Position numbers and translations under genes: made by a program. 64,000 bases of DNA, taken from positions 214,837-278,836 of the forward strand of contig CBIMES010000001.1 of the NCBI GenBank assembly GCA_966243015.1. Direction: 5' to 3'. Numbering within the stretch: the stretch's first letter is position 1; the number at the start of each line of letters is the position of its first letter. Below, in pieces: positions 25,718 to 36,369 of this stretch. Source of the DNA: an uncultured bacterium (lineage in GTDB: Bacteria; Patescibacteriota; Minisyncoccia; Phycocordibacterales; UBA6065). The notes under the pieces are model-generated. The model saw nothing but the letters and a program-made list of their open reading frames with translations, did not search any database and had not been told where the DNA came from.

Positions 25718-27151
25718 ATGAAAAAGACCTTGATTGTGGCCCTGGCTATCCTTGCCCTGGCGCCATATGCCGCCGAGGCGGCGTGGTGGAACCCATTTGG
25801 TTGGGGTAAAAGCCCTCGCCCCGCCGTGGTTTCGGACAACGCGGATCAGGCGGCGACCTCGAGCGAGTCCACTGACGGCCTCTCTGTCTTGCCGACAACT
25901 GACGAGCTCTACAGGAGAATCGCCGAGCTCGAGGGAAAAATTGACGTTCTTCGCGCCCAGCTCGCCGAGGCAAGGGAAGGGAAATCAACGCCCGCCCCGG
26001 TCGTGGCTGTCGTCGATGTCGAGGCGGACAGCCCGCGTGACCTTTCCGCGAACGGCAAGGCGTCGGTTGTCCTCGTCGAGGGTCCGAAGGGTACCTCCGC
26101 GGGATCCGTCATTGATGCCAAGGGATTTATCGTCACTACCTCAAAGATATTGGGAACGTCGACGTCGGCGACGGTTGTCCTCTCGAGCGGCGCAAAGAGG
26201 CAGGCTCATCTGATTGGGCTTGAGGTGGCGAACAACGTGGCCGTCCTTCAGCTCTCTGACGCCAAGGCGTCATCTTATGCCTCGTACAGGACGGGTGCGC
26301 TACCTTCCGTTGGCGATACCTTGTACATGGTTGGATTCAATGTTGGAGGTGTTTCGGCAAGTGCGATTCCTGCCGTCGTCGCCCAGAACTCGGCGTCGTC
26401 GTTCCAGGTGACGGTCGAGTCAAAGCCTTTCGACACAAGCGTTCTCGTGACCTCAAATGGCTCTCTCGTGGCAATTCCATCGTCGTCGAGCTGTAAGGTG
26501 CTCGAGGAGGGGAGGACCTGTCTCAAGTACGCCGTTTCGGCGACGGTGTCATCCTCGCGCATACCACTTCTCGCGCAAGGCCTGAGGCTTTACGGCCCCT
26601 CGAAAGTCCCGACAAAGGAGGAGGAGGCCTTTCGCGGCTACATCGAATCACTCTATCGTGCGGTGACTGATGCCACTTCAGTTACGTCGGCCATCGACGC
26701 CGTGAGTGGAAAAAACTCTTTCGACTTCCTGAACGGCAGGCTCGCCGACGACGAGAACGGCAAGATCGCCAGACTCTACGCAACCAAGCTCAAGAACGCC
26801 GCTGACAGCCTTTCCCGCGCTTACGACTCGCTCAGGTCCGCGTCGTACACGTTCCGCACGGGGCTCATCAATGACAGCGCTCTTACCATCTATCTCAATG
26901 GCTATCAGAGGAAGACCATCCAGGCGCTTCAGGCAGAAAACGACGCGCGCCTCAAGAAGTATCAGGAGCAAATGGATTTCTGGACCAGGAAGAAGAACGA
27001 GTACGACTCGTACATCTCGGCGCCTGACAAAGCGACGCATGACCTGCTTATGACCGAAGGCGTCTTTGTCGAGAGTGGCGCGGGCACCCTCTCGAAGGAG
27101 AGGCAGAGGATTCTCGAAAGCCTGTCGAGCGACGTAAGGGGACAGTTCTAG
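25718..27151 (+). CDS. secreted protein with a degenerate trypsin-like (S1C/HtrA-type) fold lacking the catalytic His/Asp, plus a C-terminal coiled-coil region
   Basis: Signal peptide MKKTLIVALAILALAPYAAEA. The region GSVIDAKGFIVTTSKIL…ATVVLSSGAKRQAHLIGLEVANNVAVLQLSD…VGDTLYMVGFNVG parallels the DegP core (GSGFII…TNAHVV…DIALLKI…), but His is replaced by Ser and Asp by Asn. Confidence 0.55.
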   Translation: MKKTLIVALAILALAPYAAEAAWWNPFGWGKSPRPAVVSDNADQAATSSESTDGLSVLPTTDELYRRIAELEGKIDVLRAQLAEAREGKSTPAPVVAVVDVEADSPRDLSANGKASVVLVEGPKGTSAGSVIDAKGFIVTTSKILGTSTSATVVLSSGAKRQAHLIGLEVANNVAVLQLSDAKASSYASYRTGALPSVGDTLYMVGFNVGGVSASAIPAVVAQNSASSFQVTVESKPFDTSVLVTSNGSLVAIPSSSSCKVLEEGRTCLKYAVSATVSSSRIPLLAQGLRLYGPSKVPTKEEEAFRGYIESLYRAVTDATSVTSAIDAVSGKNSFDFLNGRLADDENGKIARLYATKLKNAADSLSRAYDSLRSASYTFRTGLINDSALTIYLNGYQRKTIQALQAENDARLKKYQEQMDFWTRKKNEYDSYISAPDKATHDLLMTEGVFVESGAGTLSKERQRILESLSSDVRGQF

Positions 27152-27501
27152 GATCCCGATTCGAGCGCGACGATTCGGGTCTCGTGATCCCTCCACATTC
27201 CTATCATCGTGTCACAGTGGTCCTCGACCTTGTCGAGCCTGATTTCAACCTTCCCCATTTTTATTTTGAGGTCAGTAACGTCGGATTGGAGGGTGTACAG
27301 CGCGCGTTCCGTATTGTCCTTGAAATCGTACATCTTTGTTTTAAATTCGCGCAATTCGGTTGTGAGCCCATTGATTTGGGATTGGGTGTCTGCGAAGCCT
27401 TGTCCGACGACGATGGCAAAAGCATCGATGGCCCGAGTGATGATGGTCTCGACATCTTTTTTCGTCGCAGGTATGCCTTGTGAAGCTCTCTTCCGCGTCA
27501 T
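27148..27501 (-). CDS. hypothetical coiled-coil protein (117 aa)
   Basis: Internal Met (MTRKRASQG…) of ORF-track ORF 27148..27564. Sits downstream of the cysS terminator, and its stop overlaps the stop of the convergent gene at 25718..27151. Confidence 0.4.
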   Translation of the reverse strand: MTRKRASQGIPATKKDVETIITRAIDAFAIVVGQGFADTQSQINGLTTELREFKTKMYDFKDNTERALYTLQSDVTDLKIKMGKVEIRLDKVEDHCDTMIGMWRDHETRIVALESGS

Positions 27502-27544
27502 GGAGAAAGTATAAATCACGCATGCCCGATTCCTCATAAATTGA

Positions 27545-27588
27545 AAATAAAATGCCGGCCGCAAATGCGGCCGGCATTTCTGCTTTAT
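27545..27588 (-). terminator. intrinsic terminator of cysS (gccggccgcaaatgcggccggc + TTTTATTTT on the minus strand)
   Basis: Perfect 9-bp GC stem followed by a T-tract, immediately after the cysS stop. Confidence 0.6.
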
Positions 27589-29001
<1,413 letters not shown>

Positions 29002-29036
29002 GGGTGTGGATTGGTGACTATAGTATAATGGCACCC

Positions 29037-30305
29037 ATGAATTCATCAAAGCGACCAATTATCGCGGCACTGATGGTTGTTGTCATCGCCGCATCGTACT
29101 TTGTCGGGTATCGCTCGGGAGTCGACTCGATCCCGGCCGAGTCCCTTGTGGCGTCTGTCGTTAACAAGGACGGCGAGATTGAGAACGTCGACTTCTCGAC
29201 CTTCTGGAAGGCGTGGAGGATTCTTGACGACAAGTTCTCGGGAACCTCGACCCCTGACCAGGACAGGGTCTGGGGAGCCATCAGCGGTATGACCGCGGCC
29301 CTCGGCGACCCGTACACGGTTTTCTTCCCGCCCGAGGAGGCCGAGCTCTTCAAGAGCGAGATCTCTGGCAACTTCGGCGGCGTCGGCATGGAGGTTGGCG
29401 TGAAGGACGGCAAGCTCGTGGTCGTGGCACCCCTCAAGGGAACTCCTGCCGATCGCGCGGGTGTAAAGGCAGGGGATTTCATTCTCAAGATTAACGATGA
29501 GGACTCAATCACCATGTCGACCGACAAGGCGGTGAAGCTCATCCGCGGCAAGAAGGGGACTACAGTCACCATCACCTTCGCGCGGGAGGGCGTCGAGAAT
29601 CCGTTTACCCTCAACATCGTCCGCGATATCATCGACATCCCGACCATCAAGACTGAAACCAAGAACGAGGACGGCACCGTGGCAAGCGGCACGGGTCTCC
29701 GCAAGGACGGCGTCTTCGTCATCTCGCTCTACAGCTTCAGCGCCAACTCCGCTAATCTCTTCCGCGGCGCCCTCAAGGACTTCGTGGCCTCTGGCTCGAA
29801 CAAGCTCGTGCTCGACCTTCGCGGCAATCCGGGAGGCTATCTCGACGCCGCCGTAGACATGGCTTCCTGGTTCCTGCCCGAGGGCAAGGTCATCGTCCGC
29901 GAGGAGAGCAGGTCTCACGACGGCGAGGACAAGACCTACCGCAGCAAGGGCTATAACATCTTTGCGGGCAAGGATCTCGACATGGTCATCCTCGTCGACG
30001 GGGGATCGGCCTCTGCCTCCGAGATCCTCGCCGGCGCTCTCTCCGAGCACGGCGTGGCGACTATCGTCGGTACCAAGACTTTCGGCAAGGGATCGGTCCA
30101 GGAGCTTATCCCGATTACCTCGGACACCTCCCTCAAGGTCACCGTGGCGCGATGGCTCACCCCGAACGGAATCTCCATCTCTCACGAGGGCATCAAGCCG
30201 GCCGTCGAGGTTCCTTTCACCGCGGCCGACACTGCGGCAAAGAAGGATCCTCAGATGGACAAGGCGATCGAGCTTCTCACTGGCAAAGCCACGGCGAAGA
30301 AATAA
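29037..30305 (+). CDS. ctpA: carboxyl-terminal processing protease (S41 family, PDZ domain) CtpA
   Basis: PDZ region (…GGVGMEVGVKDGKLVVVAPLKGTPADRAGVKAGDFILKIND…) and S41 catalytic region (…VLVDGGSASASEILAGAL…TFGKGSVQ…). TATAAT lies 7 nt upstream of the ATG at 29037. An alternative ATG is at 29028. Confidence 0.85.
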   Translation: MNSSKRPIIAALMVVVIAASYFVGYRSGVDSIPAESLVASVVNKDGEIENVDFSTFWKAWRILDDKFSGTSTPDQDRVWGAISGMTAALGDPYTVFFPPEEAELFKSEISGNFGGVGMEVGVKDGKLVVVAPLKGTPADRAGVKAGDFILKINDEDSITMSTDKAVKLIRGKKGTTVTITFAREGVENPFTLNIVRDIIDIPTIKTETKNEDGTVASGTGLRKDGVFVISLYSFSANSANLFRGALKDFVASGSNKLVLDLRGNPGGYLDAAVDMASWFLPEGKVIVREESRSHDGEDKTYRSKGYNIFAGKDLDMVILVDGGSASASEILAGALSEHGVATIVGTKTFGKGSVQELIPITSDTSLKVTVARWLTPNGISISHEGIKPAVEVPFTAADTAAKKDPQMDKAIELLTGKATAKK

Positions 30306-30387
30306 AACATAGAGGCAAAGATCTCCAGGGGAGTATCCGGGGGATATAACAAAAACATACTCACGAAGCTCGTTGTTTTTGTAAATA

Positions 30388-30425
30388 ATGAAAAACCCCG
30401 CCACAGAATGGCGGGGTTTGCTTTT
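30388..30425. terminator. bidirectional terminator (aaaaccccgccacagaatggcggggtttgctttt)
   Basis: GC stem with an A-run before and a T-run after. Confidence 0.55.
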
Positions 30426-30438
30426 GTCTCCAGGAGAC

Positions 30439-30675
30439 CTAATTGTCCGAGCTTCGGCTGTCCTCGTCGGCGGCGTGGCTGTGGGCTCGGTTGCTTTCGA
30501 TGACGGCGTGAAATATGCCCGTCACGATGGCTGTCACGACGCTGCCGATGATCAGGTAGAAGCAAAGCGGGTTATCCGTGATGCTCCCGCCTTTTGACGT
30601 GGCGGCAATGATGCCGCGAATGCCGAAGGCGAAGACAAGAAACGAAGCGAGGTAGGTGAGGAATACGTAGTGCAT
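30439..30675 (-). CDS. small hypothetical membrane protein (78 aa, 2 TM helices)
   Basis: ORF-track ORF with two hydrophobic helices. An AT-rich divergent promoter region (30676-30785) is shared with rplI. Confidence 0.4.
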   Translation of the reverse strand: MHYVFLTYLASFLVFAFGIRGIIAATSKGGSITDNPLCFYLIIGSVVTAIVTGIFHAVIESNRAHSHAADEDSRSSDN

Positions 30676-30785
30676 TTGAGTGGAAGGAGCGGGAAGGTTA
30701 CCTATATATTATACCACTTATATTATTACTGTCAATTACGTCAGAAGTGGCTCTGTTCGGCCACATATGCTAATCTAGTACCACT

Positions 30786-31229
30786 ATGAAAATCGTATTA
30801 CTGAAAGACGTTAAGGCAGTCGGAAAGAAGCATGATGTTAAGAACGTTGCGGACGGATTCGCCCTCAACAGCCTCATCCCACAGGGCCTCGCCGAGGTCG
30901 CGACCCCCAAGGTCCTCGCTCGCGTAGAGCTCCTCAAGAAGCAGGAGGAGGCAGACAGGAAGGTTCAGGAGGACCTTCTCGCCAAGAACCTTAAGGCCCT
31001 TCATGACGCGACCGTCGAGGTCGTAGCCGAGGCAAACGAGAAGGGTCACCTCTTCGCCGGGCTCCACGCCGCCGAGATCGCGCCTCTCGTAAAGGCTCAG
31101 ACCCAGATCGACGTGGCTCCAGAGTTCATCAAGATCGAGAAGCCTCTCAAGGAGGTGGGCGAGCACAAGATCGACGTGAAGGTGCAGGGCAAGTCAGCGA
31201 CCTTTACCCTCGTCATCAAGGCGAAGTAA
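30786..31229 (+). CDS. rplI: 50S ribosomal protein L9
   Basis: MKIVLLKDVKAVGKKHDVKNVADGFALNSLIPQGLA… is a typical L9 N-domain, and the length (147 aa) fits. A terminator follows at ~31250-31280. Confidence 0.85.
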   Translation: MKIVLLKDVKAVGKKHDVKNVADGFALNSLIPQGLAEVATPKVLARVELLKKQEEADRKVQEDLLAKNLKALHDATVEVVAEANEKGHLFAGLHAAEIAPLVKAQTQIDVAPEFIKIEKPLKEVGEHKIDVKVQGKSATFTLVIKAK

Positions 31230-31288
31230 GATCCCTTGTCGTATATCGAAAGACCGGCTTTGGCCGGTTTTTTCGTGGTTGGCTCACT

Positions 31289-31708
31289 CTAGATTCCTTT
31301 GCAATTCGCCGCTGCCGCGTACCCGGCCGCCTCTGCCTCTCCCTTGGTTTCGAACCACACCCTGTTTGCCTCTGAAATGGTCCTGGCGCCAGGGCAGGTG
31401 GCCAAATGGTACTTGGTGCCGCTTTTAGACGCCACATACTTACCAGACTGTTTTTGGGCTGTTGGCGCGGGGTCTGGTTGCTGCGCGGGCGTGGTAACAG
31501 GCTGTTCCGTGGCCGTTGGGATAGACGTCACGGGCATTTCCACGGTCTCTATCCGTACGGGCTGATGACCCGCCAAAACAGGGTCCAAACGGCCCAATAC
31601 ATAGCCGGTGGTGCCCGAAAGGCATATCATCGACACCGCCCAGACGTCCCTTCGGTCGAACAGGCTGGCCCAGGCCTTGATTTTTGCAGGGATATGCCTT
31701 ATACTCAT
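31289..31708 (-). CDS. membrane-anchored protein with a Pro/Thr-rich linker and a small C-terminal Cys-containing domain (KYHLATC…NRVWF…EAEAAGY…C motif)
   Basis: Internal Met (MSIRH…) followed by a TM helix (VWAVSMICLSGTTGYVLG). The linker is PVTSIPTATEQPVTTPAQQPDPAPTAQ. The C-terminal motif is recognised only at the pattern level. A TATACT box sits 8 nt before the ATG on the minus strand. Confidence 0.5.
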   Translation of the reverse strand: MSIRHIPAKIKAWASLFDRRDVWAVSMICLSGTTGYVLGRLDPVLAGHQPVRIETVEMPVTSIPTATEQPVTTPAQQPDPAPTAQKQSGKYVASKSGTKYHLATCPGARTISEANRVWFETKGEAEAAGYAAAANCKGI

Positions 31709-31763
31709 AGACCTAAGTATATAGCTCGATTCGAGAGAGGAGGGCTCAAATTTTCTTAAAACC

Positions 31764-32036
31764 ATGGCAACAAAAAAGGCAGCAGGTAAAACAAAGAACG
31801 GACGAGACTCAAACCCACGATACCTGGGTGTGAAGCTCTACGCCGGCGAGAAGACCAAGGTCGGCTCGATCATCATCCGACAGGAGGGTCTCAACACCCT
31901 CGCGGGACGAAACACCGCCCTCGGAAAGGACTACACCATCTACGCTCTCAAGGAGGGTACCGTGGCCGTAGGCACCAAGCGAAAGATCGGCTTCAACGGC
32001 AAGACCAAGATCAAGAACATCGTCTCGGTCAAGTAA
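31764..32036 (+). CDS. rpmA: 50S ribosomal protein L27
   Basis: [29 protein letters not shown]…IIIRQ matches the L27 N-terminus. 90 aa. A terminator follows at ~32058-32092. Confidence 0.9.
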   Translation: MATKKAAGKTKNGRDSNPRYLGVKLYAGEKTKVGSIIIRQEGLNTLAGRNTALGKDYTIYALKEGTVAVGTKRKIGFNGKTKIKNIVSVK

Positions 32037-32115
32037 TACTAGCGATCCCTCTCAGGAAAACCCGCCCTCCCGGCGGGTTTTCTTTTTGCCCGGGGCTCTC
32101 TGATATACTGTGCTT

Positions 32116-32712
32116 ATGATAATCGTAGACACCGAAACCACGGGCACCGACTGGCGACATCACGGCCTTGTATCTATAGGGGCGGTCGACTTCGACAATC
32201 CCGAGAATGAGTTCTACGGCGAGTGCCGCGTGTTCGACGGTGCCCATATCGAGCCGGGTGCCTTGGCCGTGAACGGCTTTACCGAAGAGGAGGTCCGTAA
32301 CCCGCAGGCTCGCTCCGAGAAGGAGCTTGTCGAGGCGTTCTTCGCCTGGGCGGCAAGGGTGGGGGATCGGACCATCGCGGGTGCCAATCCGTCCTTCGAT
32401 CGTGATTTCATCCGTGCCGTCGCTCTCCGCAACCATCTTGATTGGCCGTTCGCGTACCGGACCGTGGATCTTCATTCGGTTGCCTACGCAATCATGCTCG
32501 CCAAGGGGCATCTGCCGCCGTCAAAGAATGGCCACAGCGACTTGGATGTGCCGAAAATACTGGCGTACTGCGGAATTCCGACCAATCCGAGAGCCCATCA
32601 CGCCCAGGACGATGCCCTCTACGAGGCCGAAGCCTTCTCTCGTCTGATCTACGGTGTTTCTGCCATAGAGGACCTCGAACCACATCCAATCCCTGCTCAC
32701 CTAAAACGGTAA
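32116..32712 (+). CDS. 3'-5' exonuclease (DnaQ-like DEDDh family)
   Basis: MIIVDTETTG… (Exo I motif DxE) and the C-terminal H-x4-D (HHAQDDALYEAEAF, Exo III). The track start at 32110 is a GTG, so the ATG at 32116 is preferred. TATACT lies 6 nt upstream. Confidence 0.7.
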   Translation: MIIVDTETTGTDWRHHGLVSIGAVDFDNPENEFYGECRVFDGAHIEPGALAVNGFTEEEVRNPQARSEKELVEAFFAWAARVGDRTIAGANPSFDRDFIRAVALRNHLDWPFAYRTVDLHSVAYAIMLAKGHLPPSKNGHSDLDVPKILAYCGIPTNPRAHHAQDDALYEAEAFSRLIYGVSAIEDLEPHPIPAHLKR

Positions 32713-32773
32713 TTATACGGCTTAACAGGGCCGTATAAATGCATTGACATACCCCATTTTTATGGGATAACTA

Positions 32774-32802
32774 TTGACAATTCAATCGCAAGGTGCTACA
32801 AT
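32774..32802 (+). promoter_or_regulatory. consensus sigma70-type promoter TTGACA-17-TACAAT, followed by a ~100-nt leader before the gene at 32907
   Basis: Reads ctaTTGACAattcaatcgcaaggtgcTACAATat. The leader contains a 7-bp hairpin (atcagagttaatcctctgat). Coordinates approximate. Confidence 0.5.
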
Positions 32803-32906
32803 ATACCCACATCAGAGTTAATCCTCTGATTTTCTATTTAGGGGCAGATCTTCTCTCAAAGACGAAAGTCGATAGGGACTATCTCCTCTAAATCCGACCA
32901 AACCTT

Positions 32907-33365
32907 ATGATCGAGTTTACTACCGGCCTTCTGATGCTCGCTTCTGCCTTCTCGCCAGCTTCGACCAACACTGTCATCGAGTCTGATGAGACCGCGCAGG
33001 CTACTTCGACCGAGTCCTCAGTCGTTATCCCGCTCAGCATCGCCACCACCGAGGAGTACGTCCGACAGTACTTCAAGGAGACCCCGATTCTCGCGGAGAT
33101 CGCCAAGTGTGAGTCTTCGTTCCGCCAGTACGGCAAGGACGGAAAGGCTCTCCGAGGCATCGTGAACAGCGATGACGTGGGCGTGATGCAGATCAACACC
33201 CACTACCACGAGGATGATGCCGAGAAGCTCGGAATCAACATCTACACCCTTCAGGGTAACCTCGAGTTCGCCAAGGTCCTCTACGGCAAGTACGGCGACA
33301 AGCCTTGGGTCCACTCGTCTCCTTGCTGGAGCAAGACCCAGAACCAGTCGATCGCTCGGATCTAA
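32907..33365 (+). CDS. secreted lysozyme-like/transglycosylase-like small protein
   Basis: N-terminal hydrophobic signal, then …AKCESSFRQYGKDGKALRGIVNSDDVGVMQIN…, which resembles the E-S…GxMQ catalytic signature of SLT/lysozyme-like folds. A terminator follows at ~33398-33430. Confidence 0.5.
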   Translation: MIEFTTGLLMLASAFSPASTNTVIESDETAQATSTESSVVIPLSIATTEEYVRQYFKETPILAEIAKCESSFRQYGKDGKALRGIVNSDDVGVMQINTHYHEDDAEKLGINIYTLQGNLEFAKVLYGKYGDKPWVHSSPCWSKTQNQSIARI

Positions 33366-33448
33366 ACGAGAGGGTGAGTATCAAATCTAAAACGAAAGAC
33401 CGCCTCGCAAGGGGCGGTCTTTTGCTGTGCGTCTGGTACACTGTGCCT

Positions 33449-34231
33449 ATGTCATTTCGAACCATCGTATCAACAAAGGCTGACGGCAACCTCTCGTTTG
33501 TCTGGGGCGAGAGGCCGGTGGTCCAGGCCAATCGCGACAGGTTCTTCGCCTCTCGGGGTATCAGGGAGTCTGACGTGGTTTTTATCGACGCCAGGCATAC
33601 GGGAAGTGTTGCCGTGGTCTCAAGGACGGGCGAGGGGAGTGCGGGTGGGCCCGGCCTTGCGTTCGATCCTGTGATAAAAGCCCCTGTCATCGACGCCGAC
33701 TTTCCTGATTATCTCACGGCATGTGACGGTCTACTGACCTTCGATAAAAGCCTCTCTGTGGCTCTTCTGACCGCCGACTGTGTGCCTTTGGTCGTGGTGG
33801 ACGAGGAGACGGGGCTTCACGGCATACTCCACGTCGGCCTCCTCGGTCTTCTGAATGACATAACGGGGACTTTCGCCGATGTGCTGGCGAAGACGAGGGT
33901 TCCCATCAATCGTGTTCGATTCTATGTCGGCCCGCATATCGGTCCCGCCGAGTACGACCTCGGCAAATCAGGCATGTGGCACAGGGTAGGGGCTCAGGCT
34001 ACTGAAAGATGCCCGTGGATTGAGGGTTTCATTGAACGTAAGGAAGGTGGGTCTTTCCTCGACCTTGCCGCAGCAGTGGTGGCGAGGCTCGAGGCGATCG
34101 GCGCCCCTCGCGAGAACGTGACCGTGGACGAGCGAACTACGGCGGCCTTCGATTCAGACTTTTTCTCCCACTACCTCGCCCAGAGGAACGGTGCGGGTAA
34201 CGGCAGGTTCGTGACGGTCGTGGGAGTATAA
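33449..34231 (+). CDS. pgeF: YfiH/PgeF family (DUF152, purine nucleoside phosphorylase / peptidoglycan-editing factor)
   Basis: …LLTADCVPLVVVDEETGLHGILHVGLLGL… matches the conserved Cys/His region of the YfiH family. The internal Met (MSFRTIV) is taken as the start. TACACT lies 6 nt upstream (motif TAYACTGTGCYTATG, shared with the exonuclease gene at 32116). Confidence 0.75.
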   Translation: MSFRTIVSTKADGNLSFVWGERPVVQANRDRFFASRGIRESDVVFIDARHTGSVAVVSRTGEGSAGGPGLAFDPVIKAPVIDADFPDYLTACDGLLTFDKSLSVALLTADCVPLVVVDEETGLHGILHVGLLGLLNDITGTFADVLAKTRVPINRVRFYVGPHIGPAEYDLGKSGMWHRVGAQATERCPWIEGFIERKEGGSFLDLAAAVVARLEAIGAPRENVTVDERTTAAFDSDFFSHYLAQRNGAGNGRFVTVVGV

Positions 34232-34635
34232 AAAGGACCCACCTTCCGCAGTCATCGGCCCGAAGGCTCGTGAAGAGGGAAGGTGGGTCATATGTGCTCA
34301 TACGAGGGCCGTGAATCAACGGAGCGGGCCGTTGTAGCTGCTGTCATCACGACATGCGGCTCCTGCGATATGCGCCTGTCCGCATTGTGCGGATTTTTGA
34401 TCCACGCGGAACCTGGGCCAGAGCCCAGGCCTGCGTGGTGTTAGGAGCTGTCGAATTGGCCGGATTGGACCATTTCAAATATCACTATACTCTCGGGTCT
34501 TTATATTGCAAGGTTGATACGCATCCATTCATTGACTTAATGTATATTTATTGTATTGTAATTTCAGGCGTACATTTCGCCTCATTGAAATAAAGCCCAA
34601 AATAACTGGGCGTAAAACAGAAAGGATACTGTTAG

Positions 34636-35484
34636 ATGAACGCGTCAGAACAACAGGGTGTTCAGATTAAAGTAGGGAAAAAGCCTGTGAGCTGGAAGGA
34701 GTGGGCCGAGCGATGGAATCGCGACGATCTCTCTCATTTCGAGCGTATGGGCCTCTTGCATTACGGGTTCCATATTTTCTCCATGGCGAGTCAGGGCGGT
34801 TCGCTGACAGAGGACATGATCGATCGGCTCTCGCTTTATATCAGGCTCGCAAACACTGCCGGGTGCGAGGTTGTCTCGGACGAGCGAAGGGAGTTGGGGG
34901 ACAAGGCGCTCGCGATCCTTATCTCAAAAGTCGTGGGGGATAGCCAGAGGATCTCTCCCGGGCCAAACCTTTTCGCCATGACAAGCGGAAGCCTTCTGCC
35001 TCTTTTCGTCAGCTTGTTCTGTGACAGGGGTGCCGATGGCAGGTGCAATTGGTCATTCCGTAAGTCTGGAGGCGACGTGATTGATGTCGGCATGAGCAGT
35101 GTCTTCAGCTGGTTTTTCCGGCAGCGTTGCTTCGTGATGGACTCTCCGACAAGACTCGAGCTTGTGCAGTCAAAAGAGCTTGATCGCGTCGTTCAAACTG
35201 CATTCCTTGAGATGCCAGCAGAGTTTTCGATTATGATGAAGGCAATCATCGAAAGCGCTCCTGCGGCATTTCAGGAATCAAACCTGCGAGATCTTGTCAG
35301 GTGGGTGACATGGAACAGCGGCTACGACAAGTATCCACTTCCTGAGCTCCTTCTTGATGACGAGTGCAGGCAAGAGCTCACTGATCGGGTTTCGGAAAAG
35401 CTTTGCGGCCGGACGATTCACGGGCCCATAAATCACTGGCAGGCAATCGTGCTCGTGGGATCAGTCATCCATACGTATTCCTGA
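34636..35484 (+). CDS. hypothetical protein (282 aa), orphan; preceded by ~160 nt of strongly AT-rich DNA
   Basis: Clean ORF with host-like GC3. No domain recognised. A terminator hairpin follows at ~35500-35540. Confidence 0.5.
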   Translation: MNASEQQGVQIKVGKKPVSWKEWAERWNRDDLSHFERMGLLHYGFHIFSMASQGGSLTEDMIDRLSLYIRLANTAGCEVVSDERRELGDKALAILISKVVGDSQRISPGPNLFAMTSGSLLPLFVSLFCDRGADGRCNWSFRKSGGDVIDVGMSSVFSWFFRQRCFVMDSPTRLELVQSKELDRVVQTAFLEMPAEFSIMMKAIIESAPAAFQESNLRDLVRWVTWNSGYDKYPLPELLLDDECRQELTDRVSEKLCGRTIHGPINHWQAIVLVGSVIHTYS

Positions 35485-35727
35485 GGCGATTCGTAACAAG
35501 GCCGCGATGGCAACATCATCGCGGCTTTTTCTTCGGTGGTCTCTTAAAGGGAAGCGCTATTCGCCAGATTATATCAGTGTCGCACAATACACATTTTCGG
35601 TGATTAAGAAAGGGCGTAATAAAGCCTGTATCGTATATGGGCTTTGGGCCGCGACTCTCCTGTCTGTCTGATTAAAATAAAATCCTCGGACATACTCTGT
35701 CCGAGGATTTCAACGGTGTGTGCTTCC

Positions 35728-36222
35728 CTAGGCGCTACCGGATATCTTTTTCCTGACTATGTCCATGCTTTTCTTCATGGTCTCATCGAGAATCTGTCTG
35801 CCAAAGGTCTGCATTTGGATTGCGGCATCGAGAGGTTCCATCTCAGCCATCCTGGTGTCTCTTATCAGCTCATTTGCCAGTGACTCTGGTTTTTCGAGGT
35901 TGAGCGCCAGCTCGAGTTCTCGGTGTAAGCCCTGGTAGACCCTGATTCTCACGGTCTTGCCCCCGACGAGGTTTACGACCTCCTGGGTGCGTGTCTCGAA
36001 GACCTCCTTGGATATTACCGTCACCCGTTCCATCAAATCGATCGGGCCGCACAATTCCTTCTCAGATCGCTCGATGACAGCTTTGGATATTCTTCCTGGA
36101 TAGAGCCCGAATTCCTTCTGTATTGCCTGATAGAGGCAGAATGCGGCCATTTTCTGGGCTGTGGGATTACTGATGTCCAGTGTCTTTTGCATGTTAATGA
36201 ACATGGACGGTTGCGCCGTCAC
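35728..36222 (-). CDS. hypothetical protein (164 aa), convergent with the gene at 34636..35484
   Basis: ORF-track ORF. A terminator hairpin plus T-run follows on the minus strand at ~35680-35720, and an AT-rich region lies upstream (36280-36345). Confidence 0.45.
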   Translation of the reverse strand: MTAQPSMFINMQKTLDISNPTAQKMAAFCLYQAIQKEFGLYPGRISKAVIERSEKELCGPIDLMERVTVISKEVFETRTQEVVNLVGGKTVRIRVYQGLHRELELALNLEKPESLANELIRDTRMAEMEPLDAAIQMQTFGRQILDETMKKSMDIVRKKISGSA

Positions 36223-36369
36223 TTCCTGTAGAGGAAGATTTGATTCAGGACCCTCTCCGGCGTGTGCCGAATATCGAAAGGTCCCCTACTTAATATAATA
36301 CAATAAATATATAAAATGTAAAGTATATAAAAAGCCCCACACACGGGGCTTTTTACTGCGTCGCTTTCT

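Noticed and set aside
34354-34593. 79-aa plus-strand ORF in the pgeF–orphan gene spacer
   Set aside because: It starts inside the hairpin plus T5 terminator and runs through the AT-rich promoter region (a Leu/Tyr/Ile-rich translation of AT-rich DNA).
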